Positions 1 through 11,969 of a DNA stretch of 64,000 nt are shown in pieces. Origin of the DNA: Pseudovirgaria hyperparasitica (lineage: Eukaryota); the NCBI GenBank assembly GCA_010093815.1, contig ML996593.1. One strand, given 5' to 3'. The position numbers and the translations under genes are program-made. A model generated the notes under the pieces. That model did no database searches. It was not told the DNA's origin and saw only the letters and a list, made by a program, of their open reading frames with translations. Numbering within the stretch: the first letter of the stretch is position 1; the number at the start of each line of letters is the position of its first letter.

Positions 1-9
1 AACCTTTCA

Positions 10-458
10 TTAGTATTCAAACGGATCATGAAGAATGGTAGGATTCCCGTTCATCATCCTCTTGTGCCCGGTCCACCTTCCCTTCTCCTTCCTTCTCTTT
101 AGAATGGCCCGTCCAGACTTTGTCTTCATTCGATTCATCAGGCCGTGTCTCCGCTTTCTCTTCCAATGAGTCCATCCGTTCATGGTATTACGAGCCGCGT
201 ATCGAACCTGTATCGATACGAATGCGGGATGTGAGGATATGGCAACGTCTGGGCCGAACTCTGGTAGTCTTGTTCTCAAAGTGTCCGAAAGCTCTTGTGT
301 TGTGCGGCACGATGTCGATTGTTGTGGTAACCTGGGACGGTGACATGTGAGGAAAGATATTGGTCGAGCATCCACTTGGGGATTAAAACTAATGTGAGGT
401 AAGCTTGTGGGTAAAGAAGATACTGGCAATGTTGCGTAGCTCACCAGTGCTTGGACAT
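10..458 (-). CDS. MRPL34: Mitochondrial ribosomal protein bL34m (L34)
   Basis: C-terminal L34 motif VRYAARNT..HWKRKRRHGLMNRMKTKSGRAILKRRKEKGR. The start is inferred from ATG 458 plus a GTGAGC..TAG intron (444-389) that joins in frame; 5' end uncertain. Confidence 0.8.
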
Positions 459-851
459 CTGTAGTTGGCGTGACCACGACGGAAGGGAAGTTTGTGATCT
501 TGCGAGCGATCGAAATGAATGAATGAATACCATATTGAGGTTCTATAAAGCTCTGCACTCAAGTTTCTCGGGCGAGGCTCCGGGTCGATACCCTGAAGTA
601 ACTCCTCAGGTTCGCAAAGGTTCGGGAGAGGTCGGCGCAAAGCGACTTAGCCAAGTGGAGTTAGTTTCTACGAAAAGTTTGGACCCACTCTCAAGCTTTA
701 GTCGGGAATAAAAAAGGACCGCAATACCGCTCAATAGACCTCTGCCTCAATGTACCTGAGATCTAGCAGCAATCACTCAGTATACGATTTCGATTCTTTA
801 CCTCAGGCAGCCCGGACTAAGGCCATCGTCGAAAGATAGGTCTACATCAAC

Positions 852-1571
852 ATGGTGCGAGGAGACGCAGCCCGCTTCCAGTTCCTCCCCCCACATCGCA
901 CTCTTCCCTCCACTCCTGTCCCACTCGCAGATGCAGAGAAGATGCTCACCGCGTATCTCGACAAGACCGACTATGAACCACACCTTCACCCAGACGCAAT
1001 TCTCAACGCCGTTGGCATACAGCTGTCTCTTTCTAGTGGCACAGAAGGCGGACTGACTTTACATAACCTACGGCGCATCCAGGCCGGCTTACGAGGAGAG
1101 AAACTTGGACCAGGGACATCGGCTGATGAAGATGCGAAGGGAAGCTTGCAGATTCAGCCTGCTGGTCAGGAAGAGGTGCGCGATGAAGAAGATGTTCTGG
1201 CTTCTGAAGATGAAGCTGCAGCTCTAGAAGAAGATCCGCTGCGTAGACCGATGCCAGCAGAGGAGAAGCTAGTGGACGGCATGGCAAGTGACCGCGAGTC
1301 AGAGCATGACGGCAAGAGTCAATACATCACTACTCAGCCGAAAGAGACCCAGGAGCCAGGTGATGACGAGGCACTGGTGACAGCGATCACTGCGAAGAAT
1401 GAAGCTGGCAAGAAACGGAAGAAGGTAGAGATAGGGAATGGCAGCGCTGCGAAAACATTCGAGACTTCGAGAGAGAGGAATCTTGAGAAAAAGAAGAAAG
1501 ACCAATCGAAGAAGTCGATAAATGAGAAAAAAACAAAAAGTGAGAAGAAGTCGAAGAAAGCCGATGTATAA
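852..1571 (+). CDS. Putative RNA polymerase I subunit A14 (Rpa14/Ker1-like)
   Basis: Single-exon 239-aa ORF. It has an N-terminal helix AEKMLTAYLDK, the motif LHNLRRIQAGLRG resembling Rpa14 SQLKRIQRDFKG, and a K/E-rich tail. Confidence 0.6.
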   Translation: MVRGDAARFQFLPPHRTLPSTPVPLADAEKMLTAYLDKTDYEPHLHPDAILNAVGIQLSLSSGTEGGLTLHNLRRIQAGLRGEKLGPGTSADEDAKGSLQIQPAGQEEVRDEEDVLASEDEAAALEEDPLRRPMPAEEKLVDGMASDRESEHDGKSQYITTQPKETQEPGDDEALVTAITAKNEAGKKRKKVEIGNGSAAKTFETSRERNLEKKKKDQSKKSINEKKTKSEKKSKKADV

Positions 1572-1723
1572 TTTCTACGACTAGCTCACGAAAAGGTTGA
1601 TGTAACATGTCACGAACACCAGTGGCCAATGATTCATTCTGTGAGATATGGAACGCATCACTTGAAGCATTATTCTATCCATCGGCAGGGCCTCACATAT
1701 TTCCGACGCCAGTTGATCCCAGC

Positions 1724-3256
1724 TCACAGTTCCCTTCCAGATGCCTTCTCCGCCCGCACCTGATCCGAGTCTTTCGACACTGGCCCATTCTCACCAGTCC
1801 AGCCCATGGCTCTCAACCGCTCGGTCAAGATCGGGTGCGAGTAGTGGAAGCTCGAGTACATCCAATCAGCGTCCATACTTGACAGATTCGTAATCTGAAG
1901 CTTGATCAAGGACGCAGCCAATTCGGTGGTATATCCGAGCTTGACGGCGAAGGCATCTATATGATGGTCAGTAACTAGTCAAAACCGGATAAAAAACAAA
2001 GTTTACCAGCCTCATACTCCATGCTCCTGGTCAGCATATTCATGAGCAGCTTGATGACTGAATCCGTCGGTGATAGGATCGAACTAAACAGCAGGAAACC
2101 GATGATGATGGGCTGTTCCTTGTAGAATCCAAAAGATTGGTAGACGGAGGTATTATTGACGAAGGCGGAGAAAAGGGCGAATAGATAGAAGGTATGGACT
2201 TGACTGATAATCAAGAGTTTGCTTGTGTGCCCCATTTGCCAGTGCCCGAGTTCGTGTGCAAGAACAGCAGTAACTTCTTGATCAGAGCTCTTTTCCAAGA
2301 GGGTATCGTATATAACGATTCGCTTCTTCCAGGGCATGCCCGTGAAATATGCATTGCTGTGTGCACTACGCTTGCTACCATCAATAACCTGAAGCTCTCC
2401 AAGAGGGAACTTGAGCTTCGATGCGAGTGCCTCAACAGACTGCTTGAGAGGACCAGGCTTGAGAGGGGTAAGTTTGTTGAATATCGGAACGATAAGGATC
2501 GGATAAACCGTGATGGCCGAGACCTGAACCACAAGCATGAAGACCCAGAGATAGTAGAAGAAGCTTTGGCCGGTCTTTTGGATAATCTTCAGAAATGCTG
2601 CGCCCAATGGGACACCGAACGCAATACTGAGAGCCTGCCCCTTGAAGATGTCTGCAACCCAAGTATTCATAGTAGTTTTATTGAACCCGAATGACTCTTC
2701 CAAGACGAACGTATGGTAGTATGAAAACGGCAGATTGAAGAGCAAGTCGAAGAAGCTCATCGCAAATATGAAGACTAGGGAGTGCGTGACTTCGCCATGC
2801 AGGCGGACGGGAAAGTAATTAACGAGTAGAAGACCGGTGATGGCCCATACTTTCGGGAAAAGGTCGAAATGTATCGTGGCTAGGTTCTTGGCTTGCTGGA
2901 AAATGGAGGAGATGAAGCCGTATTGAGCCTTGGCGCGTCCATATTTCTGTCGCGAAGGTCAGCAGGAGATGCCTCGTGCAGGCAATGTAATATTGTATAC
3001 CTGGCTCTTCTCATATGTTTCTTGTGAGACTTCCTCTGAAAGGGCTTTAGGACGGGTATTTCGGCTAAGAACGCGATATTGTCGGTACAACAACCAATTT
3101 TCGAGAGCAAATTCTCCAAGTGAAAAGCCGATGATAAGCTTCTTCCAGGGGAAAAGCGGCCGGTCGAGGAAGCTCGCCAAACGCTTAGAGAGATCAGCCC
3201 TAGAAAGAAATCCATAGTGTCGACAATTAACTTACCTGTAGAAGGTCCGATATCAT
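1724..3256 (-). CDS. STE24: CAAX prenyl protease 1 (M48 zinc metalloprotease), 4 exons
   Basis: MISDLLQ|RLASFLDRPLFPWKK N-terminus, IDGSKRSAHSNAYFTG, HELGHW zinc motif, HYSHPILTERL. Introns at 3235-3184, ~3000-2948 and ~2006-1958. Confidence 0.95.
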
Positions 3257-3339
3257 GGTACATGCGAATGGATTCTTGCTAATAGTAGAAGTAATGTAAT
3301 ACGTCTATCACCTATGAAAAGAGACGTTGTTATTTCCGT

Positions 3340-4130
3340 AGGTGTCTACGCTAAAGTTTTAGTATAAACGCTCGGACTACTCTAGATCTATTAGATAATC
3401 TATTAATCATCTAATAGATTTATTATTATTATTATAATTTTTATAATTATTATTATAATAGCGATAGGTCTAGATATATATAGAATAGATATAGATAATA
3501 ATAAACTATAGTTAGATAATAAATACTATATATATAATATCTCTCTTTTTAAATTATTCTTTTATCTATAAGATAGCGGGCTCTATATACTAACTATCTA
3601 TACTAAAAGAACCGAATCTTAAAGCTACTACTTTAAGGGTAGAGTATACTACTTATATATAACTACTACATACATGAATCGACTAGTAGATTACGTGCTA
3701 CTTACGTATCTATATTACTCTATAGAGCTTTAAAGGGTAATTTAAGGTAACTTATATATAGACTACTAAGAAACATCTATACTATAAAGATAATTATAGA
3801 ATTCTAGTATCTACTTACTAATTATAAGTAGACCTTATTAATTACTTATAATAACTATATAGAATTATAATAATTAGAGATTCTAGTTTATATATTCTAA
3901 TTAGATAGTAGAGACTATTTAAGAAGTTATATAATACTAGAATATAGTACTTTCTATTTCTTTCTACTCTACTTTTTATCTAATCTACTATACTATAGTA
4001 ATGAATAATCCTTAATAATCTAAGGTAATTCTAGTAGTCTAATTATAGGCCTAAGTCTAGCTAGAACGCTTGCCTTAGTAATAATAATATAATTCTACTA
4101 TGAATATTACTTGCCTTGTAGAAATCCATG
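3340..4130. mobile_element. RIP-degraded AT-rich transposon relic
   Basis: Abrupt AT-rich block with TpA excess and CpA/TpG depletion; contains a solo LTR. Confidence 0.75.
3567..3705 (-). mobile_element. Solo LTR of the TRIM family at 61108-61683
   Basis: Reverse complement aligns along its length with the 141-bp LTRs at 61108-61248 and 61543-61683 (e.g. aatcttaaagctactactttaagggtagagtatactacttatatataactact). No flanking PBS or PPT seen. Confidence 0.85.
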
Positions 4131-4472
4131 TCTAATAATGTGGCTAATATGCACCCTAAAGCACATGATATGACTGCCTGCTGCTTGCACGCACACACCG
4201 TCTAAGCCATGGGCAGGACGATATTTATAGAGAGTATATCAGTAGTACTCAATAGACACGCTTCTTACATACGTCTACTCAATAATTTAGAATTGTATGT
4301 CATGTGCCGAATGTCGGTGTAGTAATATATATCGATTACTACGAGCGTTTCGAATACTAAATTCCTTCTGTGCTAATGCGAATCCCCATCGAATACCAAA
4401 TATATATCTCATGCAGCCTTAATGATTCCTTCCTTCAAGCGAGTGCCCGTGGTGAGGGTATGTCTCTAAGTC

Positions 4473-6332
4473 CTACCACAAGATGCCCCTCCATGCCCAA
4501 GTCCCATCCACATTCCGCCACTTACCCTCCTCTGTACCTCCAACACCCTCCCAGCCCACCATAACGCCCAGGATCCTACATGCTGCGCTGCCAACTGCAC
4601 AAATCACCGCATCTGCCCTTCCAAGCACACTCAAATCTAATAAATAGCTCCTCGCTAGCAACTCTCGTAACCTCATCGCCTCTTCGCCCACCGGACTCTC
4701 AAAGCTGTATGATCGCGCGTGCTCTTTATCCCGTGGCATACCTAGACCCCAGAACATGCTCGCATAGAACCCGCCTTCCCAGCCAGACACATCGTCGACA
4801 AATTTGTTGGGCCTGGTGCCTTGTTTCGTTGCCGAGGCCAGAAGCTCAGATTTGGTGGCGAGTACGATATGGGACTGAGCACGGGTGGTGGTCGGGGGTG
4901 CGAGATCGGAGGATTTGTAGAGCGCGGCGTCGTCGGATGCGAGGACGAGAGACGAGGAGTAGTTGTGCATAATTGCTGCGATGGAGTCCGCATCCGTAGA
5001 AATGGGAGAGACAGCGGAAGGGGCAAGAGGGTCCCGGCGGTCGACCGGGGTGCCGGGAAAATGGTGACCAGATGCGAAGTAATTCGTTACAAGTGATACC
5101 GCAGAATCAAGGAAACGTGCTGTAGGTAGGTAATCTTTTGAGTATTGGTATTCAAAAGGATGCCTGTCGCCTCTACGAATGTGTATGGCAATATTGAGGC
5201 CACCAGCAGTGGTGGTAGGATTATACAAGGACTGAACGCGCTTCTCTACGTAGGTCGCATCATCGTAGCGAAGCTTGAACAGAGCATCATAGCCAGTGCG
5301 TAGTAGAGCGAAGATCTTATGCTGACGCTGAACATTCATTCTGCGTGGATCCTCCCATTCATCTATGAAAGCATGGCCGAAGGTGTGCTTAGTGATGGCC
5401 GCAGAAACGACAATATGGCGAGCAGTGTGGGGGCATGGGACGATCTGGGATGGTCGAGGGGAACGACAGTTCGGCTTAGGAGGAGACTGGAAGTACGTCG
5501 AGTAATTTCCATATGCCCAGCGTGAATCATCAATGAAGAATGCTCGTCCTTCATGTTGAGCCAGACCATAAGACATCCACAAACCGAGTAAGGCGTTTCC
5601 CATTCCTGCATCGGATGTCTCCAGCACATATGTTAAGCTCTTCTTGCAAACGTCGGTGCCATCATTCGGTCGAGTGTGTTCGTCCTGTTCAGAGGGCAAG
5701 AGACCCTGCTGCCAGGCTTCCAAGACATCTACAAAATGAGGATCCTGCTGATAATAGCCTTGGTGTCTTTTTGAGTGGGATTTGGTCTGCTCTGCGACAT
5801 GATGTGACATCTCTACTGATTGCAAGCATATTTCTGCATACTGTGATGGTTTTAACGGGAAGCCAAGCGTCGATGGGATGTATACGGTCCATTTAGTTCT
5901 CCTATTGTGATCCTTGACAATGATTGCACAAGGTTCATCTGGCAACTCAGATGCTTCCACCATGTCGTATTGACGACCTTTTCCATGCAGCGGGCTTTCA
6001 TTCTCTGATCGGTTGTAGGAGTACAGCAGATTAGTACCCCATAGTGCTAATGAAAGCGTACCGAGTACAATCAACAGCAGTCTTCTGAAAAGCCGTCCTC
6101 TACTTCCTGTAGCTGCCTTTCCGGCAAGTTCCCGATCCGGCACAGGCAGTCCTGGCGATGGCGGCGGTGAGCGTTCTAATAGAAAGACACGGTGTTGGGA
6201 GAATGGGGTTTTGGGGGATAGGAATGAAGATGTTACGGCAGTGGGACGGAGCTGGTCTGTTGGGAGACTCAAATTGTTGTGATTGCGCCGCGAATGCATG
6301 CTTCTACTGTCACGGGAAGCGGTGACGAGCAT
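4473..6332 (-). CDS. Type II membrane GT-B glycosyltransferase-like protein (FUT8/NodZ, GT23-like motifs)
   Basis: 619-aa ORF with one TM segment (LLLIVLGTLSLALWG) and motifs IAIHIRRGD, VLASDD and LLDLSVLGRADAVICAVGSAACR. Confidence 0.7.
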   Translation of the reverse strand: MLVTASRDSRSMHSRRNHNNLSLPTDQLRPTAVTSSFLSPKTPFSQHRVFLLERSPPPSPGLPVPDRELAGKAATGSRGRLFRRLLLIVLGTLSLALWGTNLLYSYNRSENESPLHGKGRQYDMVEASELPDEPCAIIVKDHNRRTKWTVYIPSTLGFPLKPSQYAEICLQSVEMSHHVAEQTKSHSKRHQGYYQQDPHFVDVLEAWQQGLLPSEQDEHTRPNDGTDVCKKSLTYVLETSDAGMGNALLGLWMSYGLAQHEGRAFFIDDSRWAYGNYSTYFQSPPKPNCRSPRPSQIVPCPHTARHIVVSAAITKHTFGHAFIDEWEDPRRMNVQRQHKIFALLRTGYDALFKLRYDDATYVEKRVQSLYNPTTTAGGLNIAIHIRRGDRHPFEYQYSKDYLPTARFLDSAVSLVTNYFASGHHFPGTPVDRRDPLAPSAVSPISTDADSIAAIMHNYSSSLVLASDDAALYKSSDLAPPTTTRAQSHIVLATKSELLASATKQGTRPNKFVDDVSGWEGGFYASMFWGLGMPRDKEHARSYSFESPVGEEAMRLRELLARSYLLDLSVLGRADAVICAVGSAACRILGVMVGWEGVGGTEEGKWRNVDGTWAWRGILW

Positions 6333-7200
6333 TTGACAAGAGCGGTCTAGAGGTGGTTCGGTGTTGTCAAGCGTAAGGAGAAATATTCTCCGAAACGATG
6401 ATGGTCACGACGATTAGTGGCACGTGTTGATGGAGCAATTTCTTCCGGACGGCAAGGAATGAGTGTCCGTGTAACGATCAAGGCGGTATTAGGTCGGTGT
6501 GGCGCGAAGTATATACAGCAGAGGGTAAGCTCCGAAGATATCGAAGTATAAATCGAGAATGCTAGCATGTAGAGGTAGTGTTGGCTGCGCAAATGTTGAA
6601 CGTTTCGGAGATCGAAGATACAGGAGGAGAGAGTATAGGCGTCGCTGTGGAGTTGGGAGTAGACAGGAGCCAGTACGATGCTCCAACCGTTTCAGATAGC
6701 CAATCTTCAGAGGTCGCCTGCGGCGCGAGACACAGCAATAAAGCAATACGATACCAGCGATGGAGAAAATAGTAAAAGCAGAAGCAGAAGTACATAATAC
6801 ATAAGGATAGAAACCCTCGGGACGTTACTTAGCGGAGACAAAACGGGAGACGATATGGCAGTTGCGTGAAGATTACTAGAGAAAGCATACAACATATACC
6901 TGGGTGATTCTGATACATTTCATACGTTGTTGATACGTGATAGACTTTTTAACAGTTCGTCAAATCAGCGGGCAGTCAGGTGTTACTCAGGGCCATAGCT
7001 TCGTTCAGCAATGACAATGATAGAGAGATAATTATAGTGATAGTAGTGATGACGAGGACAGTGCTAGTGACAATCATAAGTGACAGTGACAATGACAATG
7101 CGAATGACTATGACTGGCTCGGGGAGATGCTTACGTACACAACCTGAAACTCAGGGGGAAAGGGGGGTGACCATTACAAGGTTTATGACTGGCCTTGTCA

Positions 7201-7245
7201 CCTTATCGCCTTGTCGCCTTGTCGCCTTGACGCCTCGGTGCCTCG
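7201..7245. repeat. Short tandem repeat (TCGCCTTG)n, degenerate
   Basis: ccttatcgccttgtcgccttgtcgccttgacgcctcg. Confidence 0.7.
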
Positions 7246-8042
7246 AAAGACGACATTAGACAAGACATCAATGCCTGACCAAAAGCACGCTGTGCAATGC
7301 CCACGATAACAACTCCAGACAGAAGTTCGACATGCCAACACTGATTCTGAGTACCACCTCACATATTTCGCGTCTCATCACGTGTACAGCAAGGACGCAC
7401 AGGCAGACACCGAATCAACCACATAACGATAATATGCATTTGGCTACACAATTATTAGTGCCTTCCCATATTTAAAAGACCCTGTCATGAACGAGGAATG
7501 TGTCTCACGTCCGTCTAGTGGGTGTCTATCGTACAATGTAAAGAAACAAGTAGACGAGCCATAATTATGCTTATTGTCGCAAGTCTGCAACAGTCGCGCA
7601 TTATGCCGCCTGTACGGCTCGGTAACTATTATCAAACCAGTACTACAAAAAGAGCCGTTGTTGCTCGCCATCGCTTAAACACGCAGACAAAGAAGATGTT
7701 GCCCAAATGGCAGACCGAGACAGAAGAATAGCATGTTCAAGTGAACAAAAAAGGAACAGACATCCTGCAGGGTATCATAAGCATCCTCGCTTCGAAGCAT
7801 GGACGGAGTAAAAAATGGACATGGAAATGAAAATATCGTCAATACCGACCCGCATTCACAGCATTCTGAGGATTGCTGTCCAGGGCCTAGATTAATTGAC
7901 CAAGTCGCACCGGGTCCCTTGAGTCGCAACTCCCATGTAGGTCTACGTAAAGGTCGTGTAGTGTTGTGTGGCCAGCACTAATTAGTGCCAAAAAAGGTCC
8001 TATTATTCCATGTGTCTACCTCGGCAGCAAGGGATCGCTGGC

Positions 8043-10999
8043 TCATTGAGCTTCACTGACGACCTTTAGAGTGCTACCTCGACGTAGAATATGGTTCGTG
8101 TTGCCCCCCGCTGCCGTTTCCGTAATCATTTCGTCCAGAATACGTGTCATCTCTTCCACCCCTTTTACCTTCTGGCGCTTCTCCGTGAGCAGGCCAAGAC
8201 CAACAGGACTTGTGGGTGGCGTGTGTCTGAAGCCGCTACTTGCATTGCTACCACCCTCGCTCCGCTGATGTGAGACACGTCTGCGAGCTTCCGGTGATGT
8301 TCTGCTGGTCGGCGTCGACGTTTCGACTCTGAGGTCTGCTACATCCCGCTTTCTAGCTGCAGACCGAAGTGCTGTAATCATGCGGTCCTTGTCATCTAGA
8401 CGTGCCCTCAATTCCGCAATTTCGGCGTCCCTCTCTTTGACTATGGTCTCCATGCTTCCTTCTTCTCCATTCCCCATCCGTTGAGCCAATCCCATCGACA
8501 CACGAGATTGACTGGATCGTCGAGCCTGTAGTAGACGTTTTTCGAGAGTGCTGATGTAACGGTTTTTGTCAGCCAGGTCGGCCTGCAGGGCTCGGACCTG
8601 GATAGCCGATGATGCAGTGCCGTCGCCATTGTCACCAATTGCGTCTTCCTCTTCCGATCCTGCATCACCATTCGCACCATTGCCCTGTACTGTTCCGAGC
8701 GAGTCTCGCGACCCTCCTGATGCGGTTCTACCTAAGCTGGGCACTTCAAGCGCGTGACTGGCTGTTGAAGACCTTGCTGATACAGGCCTAGAATCGATCG
8801 TTGCGACGGAACCTCGATTGCGCGTACTCAGTGCGGAGAAAGTTCGGGTGGTATTGTTGACGCCAATAGACTTGGAGCTTAAGATGAGCCGATTTAGATG
8901 TTCAATACGTTCCTTAAGCGCTGTCCTTGCTAATTGCATTTCCAGCATTTGCTCTTCATGGCGATTCTCCGCCTCGACTTCTCTCACCTTTTCCTCCTCC
9001 TCCTCGTCCCTCTGCTTAGTTTGGGTTTGAGCCTCTTCGAGTTGCTTTCTGAGCTCGGTAATTTCGATACGATATCGGTCTAGGAGAGCAAGGCTTCGAG
9101 CATCTACGCCGCCACCAGCTTCCTCTGCCTTCTTCGCATGCGACACAATATTGTTCTTCGCTCGAGACGCGAATTTGAGGGTGTTCAGTGTCTCTGCGGT
9201 ATGATTGTGGGCCGCGGCTACGCTGCCTGCAGATCCGATCTGAATGGTGCAAAGGATGCTGACAAGGGAGTTGCCGGATAGTGCGGGTTGAAGAAGCCGA
9301 GTCAACTTGCTGTCTCTATAGGGAAGATGCTTAGACTTATCGACTGCTTTCTTGTCACCCGGTCGCTTGTCCTCTGTCTCACCTGACAGATTTGCAATGA
9401 CTGTTCCCAATGTAAGTAAACTTTTGTTAATGTGTGCGCCCTCAGTTCTTCTGGCCTTATCCTCTGCTGCTCTTTCGGAACCCGCCAGGTCAATCAGACT
9501 GAGCGTGGATACCCGGACGCCGCCGGGAGTTATCGCGGTGCTTCTCTTGTCTGCAAGCGAGCTTCCGTTCACGCGTTCACGACTTTCTACGACGATCTGA
9601 ACAACAGCATGACTGCGGGAGCTGCGAGCGTTGAACTGGGTTCCAGCAACCCTTCGAGCACTGTCACCTCTGGCAATGACTCTCAAAAGCTGTGTAGGAC
9701 TCTGCACAATCTCTTCCTTCAACGGTGTTGCGTAAACACCTCTCTTGCTGTCCTCCCGAAGTTTAATTTCGACTTGATCCCCGCCAGGTTGTCCATTAGG
9801 CCCGACTGGAGCGGGAGTAAGGAGATCGTTAATCTTTTCATTGTATATTTCCAGGTAGCTCACCCGCAATAGAAACTCTCGATGGGGCGTTTCGCGGATG
9901 TATGAGAAGATATCGGTAATGGCCAGAGGGATTACACCCGGCGAAGATGCGGTTCCTTGCATAGAAAACGTTTTGCCTGTACCAGTCATCCCGTAAGCAA
10001 AGACAGTTCCATGATAGCCCTCCATAACACGGCGAACCAGACGCTTAGCTGCAGCATCATACACTCGTGAGTTATTGTCATGTGTGGCGAATACATTATC
10101 TAGGACTAGTTAGGCTTGGGTCCGCGAGGTAGTCGAGGATTAGATGACTGACCATATATGTATTCACCCCCTTCTTTGCCCTTGTAAGAGATGAGTGATC
10201 GTCGGCCATCGACCATCCATTCTAGTTCCGGACGTGCTCCATCGCTGCCAGCATCTGGCCTCACACGGACACTGACTGTGACATTGCCTTTTCCGTCTTT
10301 TCCAAGCTTACTATCTGAATGGCTGGCTCCCTCTCTTCCACGCACATCATCAAGGTCCAAGTCATCGAATGTGGTTGCGCTTGTAGCGTACGAATCTTGA
10401 GCAGAGGAATTGCGGCTATGCGGAGGAGAGGGTATGCTGAGAAGTCCGCTCCCAGCCATCGTCATGTCCCCATTGGCGTTGAACAGGCTCGGAGGAGACA
10501 TTGGAGATCTCATAGAGGCTGACCGCACCGAGCCAGTTGACATTTTGGAGCTGCTTCTTCTGAGACTACTACCACGGTTGGGAATTCCTCCTACGCTTGG
10601 AGGGGGCATTTTCGAAGAAGGCGTCGAAGTGCAAGAAAGGGGACTAGAAGGCTTGGATGCGGAGGCTATACCGCGCGGGGGCTGTGGAAAAGAACCAATA
10701 CTTATGGTCTTGCGTAGCTTTCCAGGAGGAGCGATTCCTGAGGGAGTATTGGGCGCGGTTAAAGTAGGGAGTGGGGTTGTGGAATCTTTCTGCGGACGCT
10801 TGGTTGGCAATGCGGACGATGAGACGGCACGCGTCGCATTCTGTGATCTCAAAGACGATACAGAAGCCCGAGGGGAAGCTGTTGAGGCATCTGGGAGAGT
10901 AGATGTGCTGTCGCGCAGTTTCGCCACGGGCAGTGAAGGCAGAGGGGCGTTTGGCGGGCTGGCAGACGGCCGGGAAGGCCTTGGGAGTGTCGTAGCCAT
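8043..10999 (-). CDS. kipA: Kinesin-7 family motor (Kip2/KipA-like), 2 exons
   Basis: S/P-rich N-terminus; VSVRVRP; P-loop GMTGTGKT; SSRSH; DLAGSE; HLPYRDSKLTRLLQ; C-terminal coiled coil. Intron 10152-10100. Confidence 0.9.
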
Positions 11000-11610
11000 G
11001 CTAGTGGAAGATGAAGACGTGATTGGAGCGTCGAGATGCGTTATAGAGGAGGTGTAAGATAGAGTTTCTTTTTAGGAGGCAAGAAGTAGAGGGCGCTGTG
11101 GCATAGCTTGAAGTTACTTGACCGGCGCGATCCAGTTGCAATGACGGACAGGAAGCAGCGGTCTGAGTGTTTGGCAGGTGTTCCTGGCTTGTCAGGGAAG
11201 ATTAAAAGATTGACAATGGCAGAGGGCAGACGGAGGAGACGCCTCGAGGTTTGATGGGCGGAGGAGGGACGTGGTCGAGTCAAGACGGTAGGGATTTGAG
11301 CTTGGGTGTTGTCGTCCAACGGTTGAACGGGGAGCGGGGGCCACCGAAAGGACAGGGGAGAGGTAGCAGCACGTCGCACCGACACAGGAACGAGAACTGT
11401 GGAGTTGTCTTAGATGTATCGAGAGGTAGGACGGCGATGCTGATGCTGATGGCGGACAGTGGAAACAGGACGGAGTTGAAGAGTTTTTGGGGTGGACAGA
11501 ATGTGGAGTGGATTGTGTTTTGGATGCAACGAATGATAATTGATGATAATATTATTATCTATGGGCAGCGGCGGGCAGCCAACGCGAATTGTCCACGGGT
11601 ACCTACTGCA

Positions 11611-11650
11611 GCCCGTAGCCCGTAGCCCGTAGCCCGTAGCCCATAGCCCG
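11611..11650. repeat. Heptamer tandem repeat (GCCCGTA)n
   Basis: gcccgtagcccgtagcccgtagcccgtagcccatagcccg. Confidence 0.85.
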
Positions 11651-11905
11651 CAGCCTGCAGCCTACTAGGTATCCCCCCCTCCCATAGCCAAGGGGGTAGT
11701 AGGGTCCTGTAGCAGGCAGGTCTGGTGTGATATGATAGGTAACTTGGCAGAGAGAGAGAGAGAGAGGCTTTAGGGGGTGAGGCGATGGTGATAAACAGAT
11801 GAATGATAGGCAGATATGAATCGATAGGCACGTCAGTGGGCGGTAGACGGGGAGTGTCGGGCAGTAGACGACCAGCTTTCGTTTAGTTCTTTTTAGCTAC
11901 GAGAG

Positions 11906-11969
11906 CCCCCGCCCCCCCCCCCCCCCCCCCCCCCCCGGAAAACACCCCAAATGCCCCCCAAATACCCCC
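11906..11969. repeat. Poly-C tract (C25) plus flanking C-runs
   Basis: Uninterrupted C run at 11912-11936, followed by cccc, cccccc and ccccc runs. Confidence 0.9.

Noticed and set aside
7011..7115. Degenerate GACAAT/GATAGT hexamer run
   Set aside because: Low-complexity intergenic sequence with no evidence of function.
10410..11057. 215-aa + strand ORF, plus similar antisense ORFs (2194-2694, 13652-14191, 22436-23035, 27791-28234)
   Set aside because: Shadow ORFs opposite well-supported genes; no motifs of their own.
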